Part shown: in pieces, positions 44,680-53,217 of the stretch
How the letters are laid out: each line of letters starts with the position of its first letter
Numbering within the stretch: the first letter of the stretch is position 1
Assembly (NCBI GenBank): GCA_049325335.1
Contig: JBMOMC010000039.1
Location: 1-64,000 of the forward strand
Length of the DNA: 64,000 bases
Direction: 5' to 3'
Origin: Nitrospirota bacterium
GTDB lineage: Bacteria > Nitrospirota > Nitrospiria > 2-01-FULL-66-17
Notes under the pieces: model-generated
What the model was told of the DNA's origin: nothing
Databases searched by the model: none
Seen by the model: only the letters and a program-made list of their open reading frames with translations
Program-made: the position numbers and the translations under genes

Positions 44680-45999
44680 CTATGCTGAGCCGCCAGCTGT
44701 GAAGGACGGACCCGGTAGCGAATCGATTTGGACATCTGTCGGCTCGGCGATGTCGTCTGAGACGCATTCGGAAGGTGGAAGCCGTTTGGTGCCGATCCCC
44801 TGCTCGGCGGCAAACCGCTTGAGTTTATCCACGAAGAACTTCGCCTGGCTGGCCCGGATTCGGCCGCGCCTTGCGGCGTCTTTGGTCTCGGCAAGGGCTC
44901 GGTGGATCATCGGAGACGGATAGAGCCTCACGGCGCGTTCGTAATAGCGCCTGCTATGCGGGTCGGCCGTGACCGCCAGGATCTGTTCTACGAGATCGGC
45001 GAGGGCTGGCGGGAGCGTAGGATTGCCAAAAGCGTTGTCAAACGGCTTTTTGGCAACGACCAACTTATAATCGGTTCCGTCGGCCGTTTTCGTCAGATTC
45101 AAGCGTATCAATCCGGTTGAGATGGGCTGTTCCTGGAGTTCATCGACCGCCTTTTGCAGGAGTCGACGGCGCTCTGCCGGCCAGGTGTAGGTCCCGCGGA
45201 CCATCAGATCGTCTCGCAACAGTTCGGTCGTGCGCCGCTCCCAGGACAGCTTGTCGGCCATTACAATGTCCAGGAACGAGTACAGACTCAACGCGATTTC
45301 ACCACGAAGCGTCATCGCCACATTGAGGAACACTGGCTTGGTATAGCCCATCGACAGGTTTCGCTCGATGTATTCGTTGAAGCGGAAGCGGCTCTTGATA
45401 CGCTCCGGCCGATCGGCCGTGGGGCTCTTCACGGCCTTGACCGTCGGCTGCTGGCCCGTCGCGGTGGAGCGCACCTCGATCAATCGGAGCGCGCCAAGGA
45501 TCGTCATCGGTTCCTCGGTGGAGATATATTGCTCGGCATTTTTGTCGTAGAACGAGTAAAACCAGGTGATCGGGACTTTCCGCAAACGGCGAAGGGACAT
45601 CTTCAGCATCCGAAGTGTCTTCTGACCCCACCCAAGCTGCATGACACGCGCAAGGTCCTTGAGCGTGAGGGTCGTGTATCCATTCGGCTCGTGGGCCTGA
45701 TCCCACCACACCTTTTGGAGGGCGAGGTAGGTCCTGTGGTCCAGCGTCGTCAGCGTCTCCCCGTCGACCGGCTCGATGAGAATCTTCGCCCGAATCGACG
45801 TGCCGTTGGCGTCGACGACCCACGACTTGGCTCGTGGCTCGGAAGCGCGGGTGTGCGACGGTTTGAAAATGAAGGAAAAGAAACGAGCGAGATTGAGTTC
45901 CGTTTGGAGAGGCTCGGCGAGGCTTGGGGGTAACACGGGTTGCGGTTGGATCGGTAGGTTTTCGGTTATGAACATCGGCGTTTGGGTTTGGTTGGACAT
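44680..45999 (-). CDS. repA: Plasmid replication initiator protein (RepA/RPA-like, tandem winged helix)
   Basis: ELNLARFFSF, DHRTYLAL, IALSLYSFLD; adjacent to iterons, DnaA box and parAB. Confidence 0.8.
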   Translation of the reverse strand: MSNQTQTPMFITENLPIQPQPVLPPSLAEPLQTELNLARFFSFIFKPSHTRASEPRAKSWVVDANGTSIRAKILIEPVDGETLTTLDHRTYLALQKVWWDQAHEPNGYTTLTLKDLARVMQLGWGQKTLRMLKMSLRRLRKVPITWFYSFYDKNAEQYISTEEPMTILGALRLIEVRSTATGQQPTVKAVKSPTADRPERIKSRFRFNEYIERNLSMGYTKPVFLNVAMTLRGEIALSLYSFLDIVMADKLSWERRTTELLRDDLMVRGTYTWPAERRRLLQKAVDELQEQPISTGLIRLNLTKTADGTDYKLVVAKKPFDNAFGNPTLPPALADLVEQILAVTADPHSRRYYERAVRLYPSPMIHRALAETKDAARRGRIRASQAKFFVDKLKRFAAEQGIGTKRLPPSECVSDDIAEPTDVQIDSLPGPSFTAGGSA

Positions 46000-46101
46000 A
46001 ACGTTGTTTCCTCAAAGCCTATTCGCTGAAAGACGTTAACATCCCTCTTCCGCCGATCAACCTGAAACATACGTTAAAACAGTCAGTTGTACCCATGCTG
46101 T

Positions 46102-46543
46102 CCTGCACGAAGTTCACCCGGGCCTGTACAAAGTACACCGTTGAGACTCCGCGAACCGCACAAAGTCCACCGCAGCGATTGTTGAACTGCACGAAGTCCA
46201 CCTGACGCCATCAATCCTGTGGATAACCGAGAACGGAACGACCTGTATGAAGTCCACCGCAGGACCGAGCGCCCAGACCCAGGCCGATCCTGTATAAAGT
46301 CCACCGGGTGTCGATCCCTGTACAAAGTCCACCCATTGAAAGGAAGGGAGTAACGAGGAACGCGCAAAGAGTGCGTTCGCGGCTCCTGAAGACTCCCAAG
46401 GAGCACAGGGGCTCGGTTGGTGAGCGCATCTCCCCGTCGAGGGGCTCTCGCCGGCGGAATCCACCGCAGCCGCCTGTATAAAGTCCACCGTGCCACGGGA
46501 ACCGAGAACGCTCGTTTCGGGTTCCTCCTGCACAAAGTGCACC
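46102..46543 (+). repeat. Iteron array (oriV): nine 17-bp direct repeats, consensus CCTGYAYRAAGTCCACC
   Basis: Copies start at 46102, 46123, 46155, 46186, 46242, 46289, 46317, 46473 and 46527. Confidence 0.9.
46218..46226 (-). promoter_or_regulatory. DnaA box
   Basis: TGTGGATAA (TTATCCACA on the minus strand) inside the iteron array. Confidence 0.8.
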
Positions 46544-46589
46544 GCCTGCATCACCCGAGGGATCCCGTGAGCCCGCAGCCTTCATCACG

Positions 46590-47498
46590 TCAGCCACTGG
46601 CTGAAGGCGACGTCGTGAGTTTCTCAATCCGTTCGATCGCCGAACGGAGTCCGACAAGGGCCTCATCGAGTTCGTTCTTCGGCATCGCCGGGCGGATGCG
46701 CACGGACACCTCAAACCAATCGGCCGCCCGTTCGCGTAATGACACGGGTGGCTTTGGCCGGTTGAGGAACCGGGACGCGATATGGTCGCGCGTCTGGCGG
46801 ATCGTCCATTTCTCTTTGACCGCTCGCTCGAGAACCGGCCGTTGCTTGTCCGGGGGGACTCGGCGGATGGCGTCAAGGTGGTTGTCCGTCAGTTGCTCGC
46901 CATTGAGAAGGTAATAGTCGACGGCATCGGGTTTGAGTCGATCGAGGACGGAGAGACTCTTGGTCACGGTGGGACGTGAGAGCCCGAAATCACGCGCGAG
47001 TTCGTCATGGGTCTTGTAGAGTCCGTCGTTCAGAAGCCGGCGAAACGCGAGGCCGCGCTCAATGACGTTGAGTTGCTCGCGCTGGAGATTTTCGACCAGC
47101 GAGAGTTTGAATGCCTGCTGCTCTGAGGCTTGGAACACGAGAGCCCGGATCGTCTGATGGCCGAGTTCTCGGGTTGCCCGCCAGCGACGCTCGCCAGCGA
47201 TCAGTTGGTATTTCCCGGGCTCGATGGCTCGGATCAGAATCGGTTCGAGAAGACCATCTTGGCGGATCGAACGGGCGAGATCCGCGATCGCGTGCTTATT
47301 AAAGATGCGGCGCGGCTGGTTCGGATCCGGCGTAATCGCATCGACGGGAACATCGGTTACCTGATTCTGGGACCCGTGCGATGTGGTCGCGATGGGGCTG
47401 ATGTTCCAGGATCGCGGCTTGCGCTCCAGCGACGACCAGCCAGCGCCGGTGGCGGGTTTTGTCTTGAGCGGTTTCTGGCGCGTGTTTTTGTGAGCCAT
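46590..47498 (-). CDS. parB: Partition protein ParB
   Basis: PDPNQPRRIF, LIAGERRWRA, ENLQRE, HTH. Confidence 0.93.
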   Translation of the reverse strand: MAHKNTRQKPLKTKPATGAGWSSLERKPRSWNISPIATTSHGSQNQVTDVPVDAITPDPNQPRRIFNKHAIADLARSIRQDGLLEPILIRAIEPGKYQLIAGERRWRATRELGHQTIRALVFQASEQQAFKLSLVENLQREQLNVIERGLAFRRLLNDGLYKTHDELARDFGLSRPTVTKSLSVLDRLKPDAVDYYLLNGEQLTDNHLDAIRRVPPDKQRPVLERAVKEKWTIRQTRDHIASRFLNRPKPPVSLRERAADWFEVSVRIRPAMPKNELDEALVGLRSAIERIEKLTTSPSASG

Positions 47499-47501
47499 CG
47501 G

Positions 47502-48536
47502 TTAGGCTCCAGTCTTTGAGGGCGGAATGGCGATTTCTCGTGCCAGGGCCAGGATATCCTCGGTGCCGTGTGATTTCGGAGCAAACGTAAACACGGGCTG
47601 CATATTCTTGGTCGACTCGGACAAGGCCGTGCTCAGTCGGATGACGGCGTTGAGGATATGCTCCTTGAATGGCCCCGATTGGAGGAGGCCCAGGCTTTCG
47701 CGACAGAGGTTGTTCCGCATATCAAAATGGTTCGCCAGGATCTTGATCGTCGGCGAATCGTAGCCGCGCGCCTGGAAGCTCTCGGAGATCGACCGGACGG
47801 TATCGGCGAGAAGCGTCAGCGAGTGATGACTCAGGAAGTCTGTCAGCATGGGCGAGATGACTTCGTCGGCGGCGAAAAAGGCGTTGAGATTGAGGAGGTT
47901 GATATTGGGCGGCGCATCGAGAATCACAAAATCATATTGAGACTTGATTTCTTGGAGTACGCGCTGAAGACGGAGAAACTTCCGAGCAGGGTCCTGCTCG
48001 CCGACGAGCAGGAGATCCACGGCCGCGACATCGAGGGATGCGGGCAGGAGACTCAGCGTCGGCGAGAGTGGTAGGATCGCGTCAGCAATGGTCTTGATCG
48101 CGGACGGGCCATCATCATAGAAAAGGTTGTAGAGGGTTTTGACCTGCTCCTGGTCGTCGAGCGAGACGCCGAAACACGTCGTGAGATGGCTCTGTCCGTC
48201 GAGGTCAACAGCAAGGACGCGATACCCCATTCGCGAGAGTGCGCCAGCCAAGTTGAAACTGATCGTCGTTTTTCCAACCCCCCCCTTGAGAAGCCAGAAG
48301 AGAAGCGTCCGTGTGGAATGGGGCGGAAGGGGCCGGAATCGTTTTCGGGCCTCGACGACATGGGCGACCGTGAATTGGGGGCGCGAGCTCGACCCGCGCG
48401 GGACAAGCTCGGGGGAGAGTCCTAAGCGCTCCCATTTACGAACCAGGCTTTCGGATACCCCCAGGACGTCCGCAAAGACAGGCCGGGACATCTTGTAATT
48501 ATGGGAATCCGTCAGGTCGTTCTTGAGAGTTTCCAT
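47502..48536 (-). CDS. parA: Partition ATPase ParA with N-terminal HTH (type Ia-like)
   Basis: KGGVGKTT, VDLDGQ, ILDAPP; N-terminal FADVLGVSESLVRKWE. Confidence 0.93.
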   Translation of the reverse strand: METLKNDLTDSHNYKMSRPVFADVLGVSESLVRKWERLGLSPELVPRGSSSRPQFTVAHVVEARKRFRPLPPHSTRTLLFWLLKGGVGKTTISFNLAGALSRMGYRVLAVDLDGQSHLTTCFGVSLDDQEQVKTLYNLFYDDGPSAIKTIADAILPLSPTLSLLPASLDVAAVDLLLVGEQDPARKFLRLQRVLQEIKSQYDFVILDAPPNINLLNLNAFFAADEVISPMLTDFLSHHSLTLLADTVRSISESFQARGYDSPTIKILANHFDMRNNLCRESLGLLQSGPFKEHILNAVIRLSTALSESTKNMQPVFTFAPKSHGTEDILALAREIAIPPSKTGA

Positions 48537-49109
48537 AGTACAGAAATACTCCTGTTATCACGCTGGAAACCTGTATAGGCGTTTGTCATCGCGATGTCAA
48601 GAAAAATCTGTACGAGGGATCAGTACACGCTCGAAGCATTTTGTTCGCGTCAGTGATGACTCGTCCTCGTGTGCTGTGATCTCTAAATGTGCGACGTCGC
48701 ACATAGAGTGTGTTCCAGTGCTTGCCGCTGTCCCGATCTCGAGAGCGCCACTTCGGACTCGGGAAGGGAGGCGTGCGGGATGTGCGACGTCGCACATAGC
48801 CAGCAATGCCTGGACGTTCGCGGCGTTCCTCGGAAGTGTGTGGTCCCCCGTGTTCTCCGCCGACGAACCGGAGTGGTCCTGGCCGCGACGACACTCCACG
48901 GTAGCGGGGCTGGGAGAGGACTGTAATGCGAGTCCCCCGGCCGCGGCCCAAGACATGGTCTTCGGATCTGACGGGTGATCATAATGAAGGGGGGTGTCCG
49001 GGGTCCGCTGAGCGGCGGGCTGAATGTGCGACGTCGCACATATTCGGCGAGGCGGAAGAGACCGATGACGGCCCGCGGTCGACTCATGTCGGGGAAGCTC
49101 ATAAGACCC

Positions 49110-49138
49110 TTGACAAGTGTCACCGGTCATCATAAGCT
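49110..49138 (+). promoter_or_regulatory. higBA promoter (probably leaderless mRNA)
   Basis: TTGACA-17 nt-TAAGCT; GTG start 6 nt downstream; TGACAAGTGTCA near-palindrome over the -35. Confidence 0.7.
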
Positions 49139-49144
49139 GTTCGT

Positions 49145-49423
49145 GTGATTCAGCGCTTTCGGCACAAGGGGCTGAAACGGCTTTTCGAGAACGCCGAAAC
49201 CAAAGGCATCCGTTCCGATCACGTCGAGAAAGTCGAAAATATCCTCGCCGTCCTCAACCGTGCCCGAAAGCCCGAAGATATGAATCTCCCCGGTTTCCGG
49301 CTCCACCCGCTCAAGGGCGATCTGAAAGGTTTTTGGAGTGTGACTGTCCGGGCGAACTGGCGCGTGATCTTCCGCTTTGAGGAAGGCCACGCTTGCGACG
49401 TTGATTTGATCGACTACCATTAG
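49145..49423 (+). CDS. higB: HigB (RelE-family) toxin
   Basis: MIQRFRHKGL...RLHPLKGDLKGFWSVTVRANWRVIFRF...DYH. Confidence 0.95.
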   Translation: MIQRFRHKGLKRLFENAETKGIRSDHVEKVENILAVLNRARKPEDMNLPGFRLHPLKGDLKGFWSVTVRANWRVIFRFEEGHACDVDLIDYH

Positions 49424-49443
49424 GTAAGCAGGAGGCAGAGACA

Positions 49444-49743
49444 ATGGCCATGAAGAACCCCCCGCATCCCGGCAGGATTGTCCGGCAGGAGTGCATCGAG
49501 CCGCTAGGCCTCACCGTTAAGGAAGCGGCGGAACGCCTTGGCATCAAGCGCCAGACCCTCAACAACCTTGTGAACGGCAAGGCCGGAATCTCTCCGGAAA
49601 TGTCCATACGCCTTTCCAAGGCCTTCGGCAGCAGCCCCGAAGTATGGCTGGGCCTGCAGATGGAGTACGACCTCGCCGAGGCCAAGAAGAACGCTGACCG
49701 CATCAAGGTTCAGCGGATTATCCCGAGCCACACCGCTGCCTGA
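49444..49743 (+). CDS. higA: HigA antitoxin
   Basis: PPHPG, XRE-type HTH, SPEVWLGLQMEYDL. Confidence 0.95.
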   Translation: MAMKNPPHPGRIVRQECIEPLGLTVKEAAERLGIKRQTLNNLVNGKAGISPEMSIRLSKAFGSSPEVWLGLQMEYDLAEAKKNADRIKVQRIIPSHTAA

Positions 49744-49928
49744 GCCGCCACGCATACGGTCGCACGTTATCCAAGTGCACGTTGGACGGAGCCCTCGGGC
49801 GCGGAAAGCTGTTCGATCGAATTCACGTGGTGACACCCCGGTTCGCGCCGCCGCACGGGACGGAGAACGAACCCGGCCATGTCGTGGACGTTGATTCTGT
49901 GAGAACCAACTATGTGCGACGTCGCACA

Positions 49929-50576
49929 TCATGCTTGAAGATTGCCCCAGGACCTCGGTGACCGGGCACTCGCCTCCGCCGATACCGCGTCCGGAGTCGA
50001 TGATTCGGTTCGGGGTTGCTGCTGGGCAGATTCTGGAGTCCGTTCCTCCGGGTTCCTGAACGTTCCCAGTTCTGTTTTACGGTTTGAATGCGGGAGTGGC
50101 GGGAGATCCGCTAAGTTGCGCAGCCCAAACCGTTCGAGGAACCGAGCCGTCGTTCCATAGAGATACGCTCGCTCAAGCTCGCCGATCACCGTCACGAGGC
50201 CACCCCGCACGAGCGTGGTCAGCACGCTTTCCGAATCGGCGCCGCGGAGCCGCTCGATCTCGGCGCGCGTCACCGGTTGATGGTACGCGATGATGGCCAG
50301 TGTGACCGTGGCCTCCTCGGACATCGGCGCTGGCGTGGCCCGCCTCAGTTTGGTGACCCACTTGGCAAACTCGGGCCGGGTCGTGACCTGAAACCCGCTG
50401 GCGACCTCCACGAGCTGAAGGCCGCGTCCGGTGTAGGACTCGCTCAGACGCGCCAAGGCCGCGTCAAGTTCTGAGAGCTCCTCGGGCACCTGGAGATCGA
50501 GGATGTTGACGAGCTGGGCTCGGGAGAGCGGCCCCGAGGCCGCCCAGAAGAGATTTTCCAGGACCGGGTCAAGCAT
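49929..50576 (-). CDS. scpB: SMC-Scp complex subunit ScpB (orphan)
   Basis: LENLFWA, GLQLVEVASGFQVTTRPE, TLAIIAYHQPVTRAEIERLRG, YGTTARFLERFGLRNLADLP. Confidence 0.88.
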   Translation of the reverse strand: MLDPVLENLFWAASGPLSRAQLVNILDLQVPEELSELDAALARLSESYTGRGLQLVEVASGFQVTTRPEFAKWVTKLRRATPAPMSEEATVTLAIIAYHQPVTRAEIERLRGADSESVLTTLVRGGLVTVIGELERAYLYGTTARFLERFGLRNLADLPPLPHSNRKTELGTFRNPEERTPESAQQQPRTESSTPDAVSAEASARSPRSWGNLQA

Positions 50577-51039
50577 CGGCCGAAGAGGGCAGACGGGCGG
50601 GCCCGAAGTAATACCGTATTAGTATGTCTTCTTCCGGCAGGCCGGCTACCTGAGCCTCGCGGCGCAGCGCGTCCCACCGGGCCGGTGCCAGCGCCTGCTT
50701 GATCGCCTGCAGACGGAGACGATCGTCGGGGGTGAGCGCCATGGCGGGCGGCTGGCGAGCGGGCGGGGAGGGGACTGCCACCCCGCCGCCGAGTCGCAGT
50801 TCAAAGGTGGCCGCCGCCCCTTCGGATGTGGCTGGCGCGACCACGCGGAGTACTCCGACCTCGGCTAGTCTCCGGAGCCCGACCTTGACGGTTCGGCGGG
50901 TTGTGCCGGTCCACGCCGCGAGCTGACTCTGGGAGGCCGCGACCAGGCCGTCTTGGGTGCGGGCGGCGAGCTGCAGCACGAGGATCTGCTCGGTGGGTTT
51001 GAGGGTCTGCAAGAGGGGAGTGAGCGTCTCGACATCCAT
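50569..51039 (-). CDS. Winged-helix DNA-binding protein
   Basis: ASQSQLAAWTGTTRRTVKVGLRRLAEVGVL; stop overlaps scpB start. Confidence 0.7.
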   Translation of the reverse strand: MDVETLTPLLQTLKPTEQILVLQLAARTQDGLVAASQSQLAAWTGTTRRTVKVGLRRLAEVGVLRVVAPATSEGAAATFELRLGGGVAVPSPPARQPPAMALTPDDRLRLQAIKQALAPARWDALRREAQVAGLPEEDILIRYYFGPARLPSSADA

Positions 51040-51306
51040 GTCGTCGGGCCTCGCGCGGGAGCGGTCGCCGCGATCCTGTCGGCTCGGGTAAATTTTACCC
51101 CGCGCCACTGTAGGCCATTCTGGGAGCGAAAGCAACTCACTACTGCGTGAAAGAAACATTTCACGCAGTATTTCTTCTTGAACCTCTCCCCACGCTGTGC
51201 TACGGTGGCCCAGCAGGTCTGGTTTAGGACGTCAGCGATGTTGATGTTGAGGAGGAACGCTGGCAGATTTTCCGATAATCGAGTACAGAGCGCCGGAGGA
51301 GTCGGT

Positions 51307-51498
51307 ATGGGCACGCCCATAGAAACGCTCGATGGACTTTCCGAACGACAACGACGCGCCGCACTCGCGTATCTGTTGACCTTGCATGAGAGGGCGCACG
51401 AGATGAAAGAAACCGACACGTCGGACGGTTCCCCGTGTCGGATGTGTCGATGGCTCTATAATGCCAAAGCCTATGCGCGGGAGCTCGAGCCGACGTGA
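51307..51498 (+). CDS. Small hypothetical protein with H..H/CxxC residues
   Basis: GGAGGAG RBS; LHERAH...CRMC. Confidence 0.55.
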   Translation: MGTPIETLDGLSERQRRAALAYLLTLHERAHEMKETDTSDGSPCRMCRWLYNAKAYARELEPT

Positions 51499-51531
51499 CC
51501 GACCTTCGGGTGCCGCACCACGGCCCAGACG

Positions 51532-52557
51532 ATGTCCCCAGATAACCAGCTCGCCAACCCCTACGCTCCCCATAATGACGATCCGCCCGCTGACCTGCCC
51601 GCGTTTGGCGCGTCCGGCCCGCGCAGTGCGATCGGCGCCGGCGTCGCGCTCAAGCCGTTTGTCTCGCAGTGGCTCAACGACCACGAACATCACTTCGCGC
51701 CGTCCACCGAACGGGCGTACGAGCACGCGATGGCGCAGTTTGAGACCTTCCGGGTTCGCAAGGGCTGCCCCCCGCTGACCCCGGAGCTCATCCGGCAGTA
51801 TATTCGGGACCTCAAGGCGGCGCGTAAGTCGGCCGCGTATCTTCAGCGCCAACTCTCGGTCCTCCGATCTTTTGGTGCGTGGGCCGTCGAGCAGGAGTAC
51901 CTGGCCCAGGATCCCGCCCGCTCCGTGCCGCTGCCGAAGCTGTCGACCGAGTACCGGCGTGAAGCGCTCACGGCTGGCGAAGCCGCACGTTTGGTCGGCG
52001 AGCTGCGCGACGTGACGGCGACCCAGGTGCGGGATCGGCTCATGGTCTCCCTGGTCCTCCGAACGGGCGTGCGGTTGATCGAACTGCACCGCGCGAACGT
52101 CGAGGACTACGTCCCGAAAGGAAGTGCTGGCGGCCTGTTCTATCTCCAGGGCAAGGGGCGGGTGGCGACCGACAGCTTCGTCGTGATCGTGCCGCTGGTG
52201 GCGACACTGTTTGATCGCTGTCTGGGCCTTCGCGGGCTGACCGTACCGGCCGCGCCGCTCTTCGTCTCGGCCAAGCCGGGTTCGCATGGCCGCCGATTAT
52301 CGGTGCGGGGGATTCAGGCAATCCTGACGAAGTATCTTGAGCGCGCCGGCTTAAAGCGCAAGCGCCTCACGGCCTATTCGCTCCGACACACGGCGGCGAC
52401 GCTCGCCCTCGAGAACGGCGCGACCGTGCAGGAAGTCCAGGCCATGCTCCGCCACGCGTCCATCAGCACGACGCAGCGGTACGTCCATGCGGCTCGCCGG
52501 ATCACCGATGGCGCGGAACATGCGGTGCGGATTCCGGGGGATGGAGAGGAGCGGTAG
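51532..52557 (+). CDS. XerC/D-like tyrosine recombinase (probable resolvase)
   Basis: SAM-like N-terminus; TGVRLIE, GKG, YSLRH, LRH, TQRY catalytic motifs. Confidence 0.9.
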   Translation: MSPDNQLANPYAPHNDDPPADLPAFGASGPRSAIGAGVALKPFVSQWLNDHEHHFAPSTERAYEHAMAQFETFRVRKGCPPLTPELIRQYIRDLKAARKSAAYLQRQLSVLRSFGAWAVEQEYLAQDPARSVPLPKLSTEYRREALTAGEAARLVGELRDVTATQVRDRLMVSLVLRTGVRLIELHRANVEDYVPKGSAGGLFYLQGKGRVATDSFVVIVPLVATLFDRCLGLRGLTVPAAPLFVSAKPGSHGRRLSVRGIQAILTKYLERAGLKRKRLTAYSLRHTAATLALENGATVQEVQAMLRHASISTTQRYVHAARRITDGAEHAVRIPGDGEER

Positions 52558-52772
52558 AGAGGTCCGAACTTGGGTCGTCGCAAGGAGAATCGAATCAGCA
52601 CTCGTCGTAATCGACCTCCAAAGCAGCGCGCTAAGCGAGCCAGGCGCCGCTGGCTGCTGATCTTGGAATGCGACACGGAAAAGTTGCAGAACCAGGGCTA
52701 TCGGTGGCGGACACTATGAAATCTGCGCTCAGTTTTGCTCACGTCGGCGGACGAGATCGTCACGATACGTAC

Positions 52773-52895
52773 TTACGCGCTCTCCCCGTCGGCTTTCGGC
52801 GTGCGCAGGATGATCTTGCCATCGAACGGCATCACTTCGAGATGGATGTTGAAGCCGTCGCCGTCCTCGTGGTCCCAGGCCGCGCCGATGGGCGA
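52773..52895 (-). pseudogene. C-terminal remnant of a small plasmid protein
   Basis: IGAAWDHEDGDGFNIHLEVMPFDGKIILR without a plausible N-terminus. Confidence 0.45.
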
Positions 52896-53016
52896 TCTAC
52901 GTTGGCAAAGCGGTTCCGAAGGGCGCCCGAAAGGGCGGCCTGGCCTTCGACGCGGCAAAGGGAAGGGCGCTGCGCGATCGCCCACCGAGGATGACGAGGA
53001 TTAAAGGAGCGCGCTT

Positions 53017-53217
53017 ATGGCGAAGAAAGTTGCGTCTGTCGAACCACAGCCGCCCGTGGTGGTCGCCGTCTTCGAAGATTTAATCAAACGCCTGCAGGCG
53101 GATACTTCGGTCGACGCCGCTGTCATCGGGCGGCTGCGGCAGGCGCTCGTGGATGACCAGGAGACGTCAGCTGACGCGTTGCGGAACGCCCTGTTTTCGG
53201 AGGAGCCGCTGCCATGA
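53017..53217 (+). CDS. Small acidic helical protein coupled to the SMC-like ATPase
   Basis: AAGGAG RBS; ATGA overlap with 53214. Confidence 0.75.
   Translation: MAKKVASVEPQPPVVVAVFEDLIKRLQADTSVDAAVIGRLRQALVDDQETSADALRNALFSEEPLP

Larger units (their letters stand above)
48687..49929. repeat. Four perfect 18-bp palindromes ATGTGCGACGTCGCACAT (parS candidates)
   Basis: 48687-48704, 48780-48797, 49024-49041 and 49912-49929, upstream of parA. Confidence 0.85.

Noticed and set aside
46102..46543. Possible CRISPR array
   Set aside because: Repeats are 17 bp, degenerate and irregularly spaced, with no cas genes; position beside repA and a DnaA box fits iterons
48523..49135. ORFs with repeated CATSHI/MCDVAH peptides
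   Set aside because: These are translations of the 18-bp DNA palindromes, not protein repeats
51532..52557. ICE integrase with att sites
   Set aside because: No tRNA or att repeat was seen nearby; context beside rep/par favours a multimer resolvase, though integration cannot be excluded
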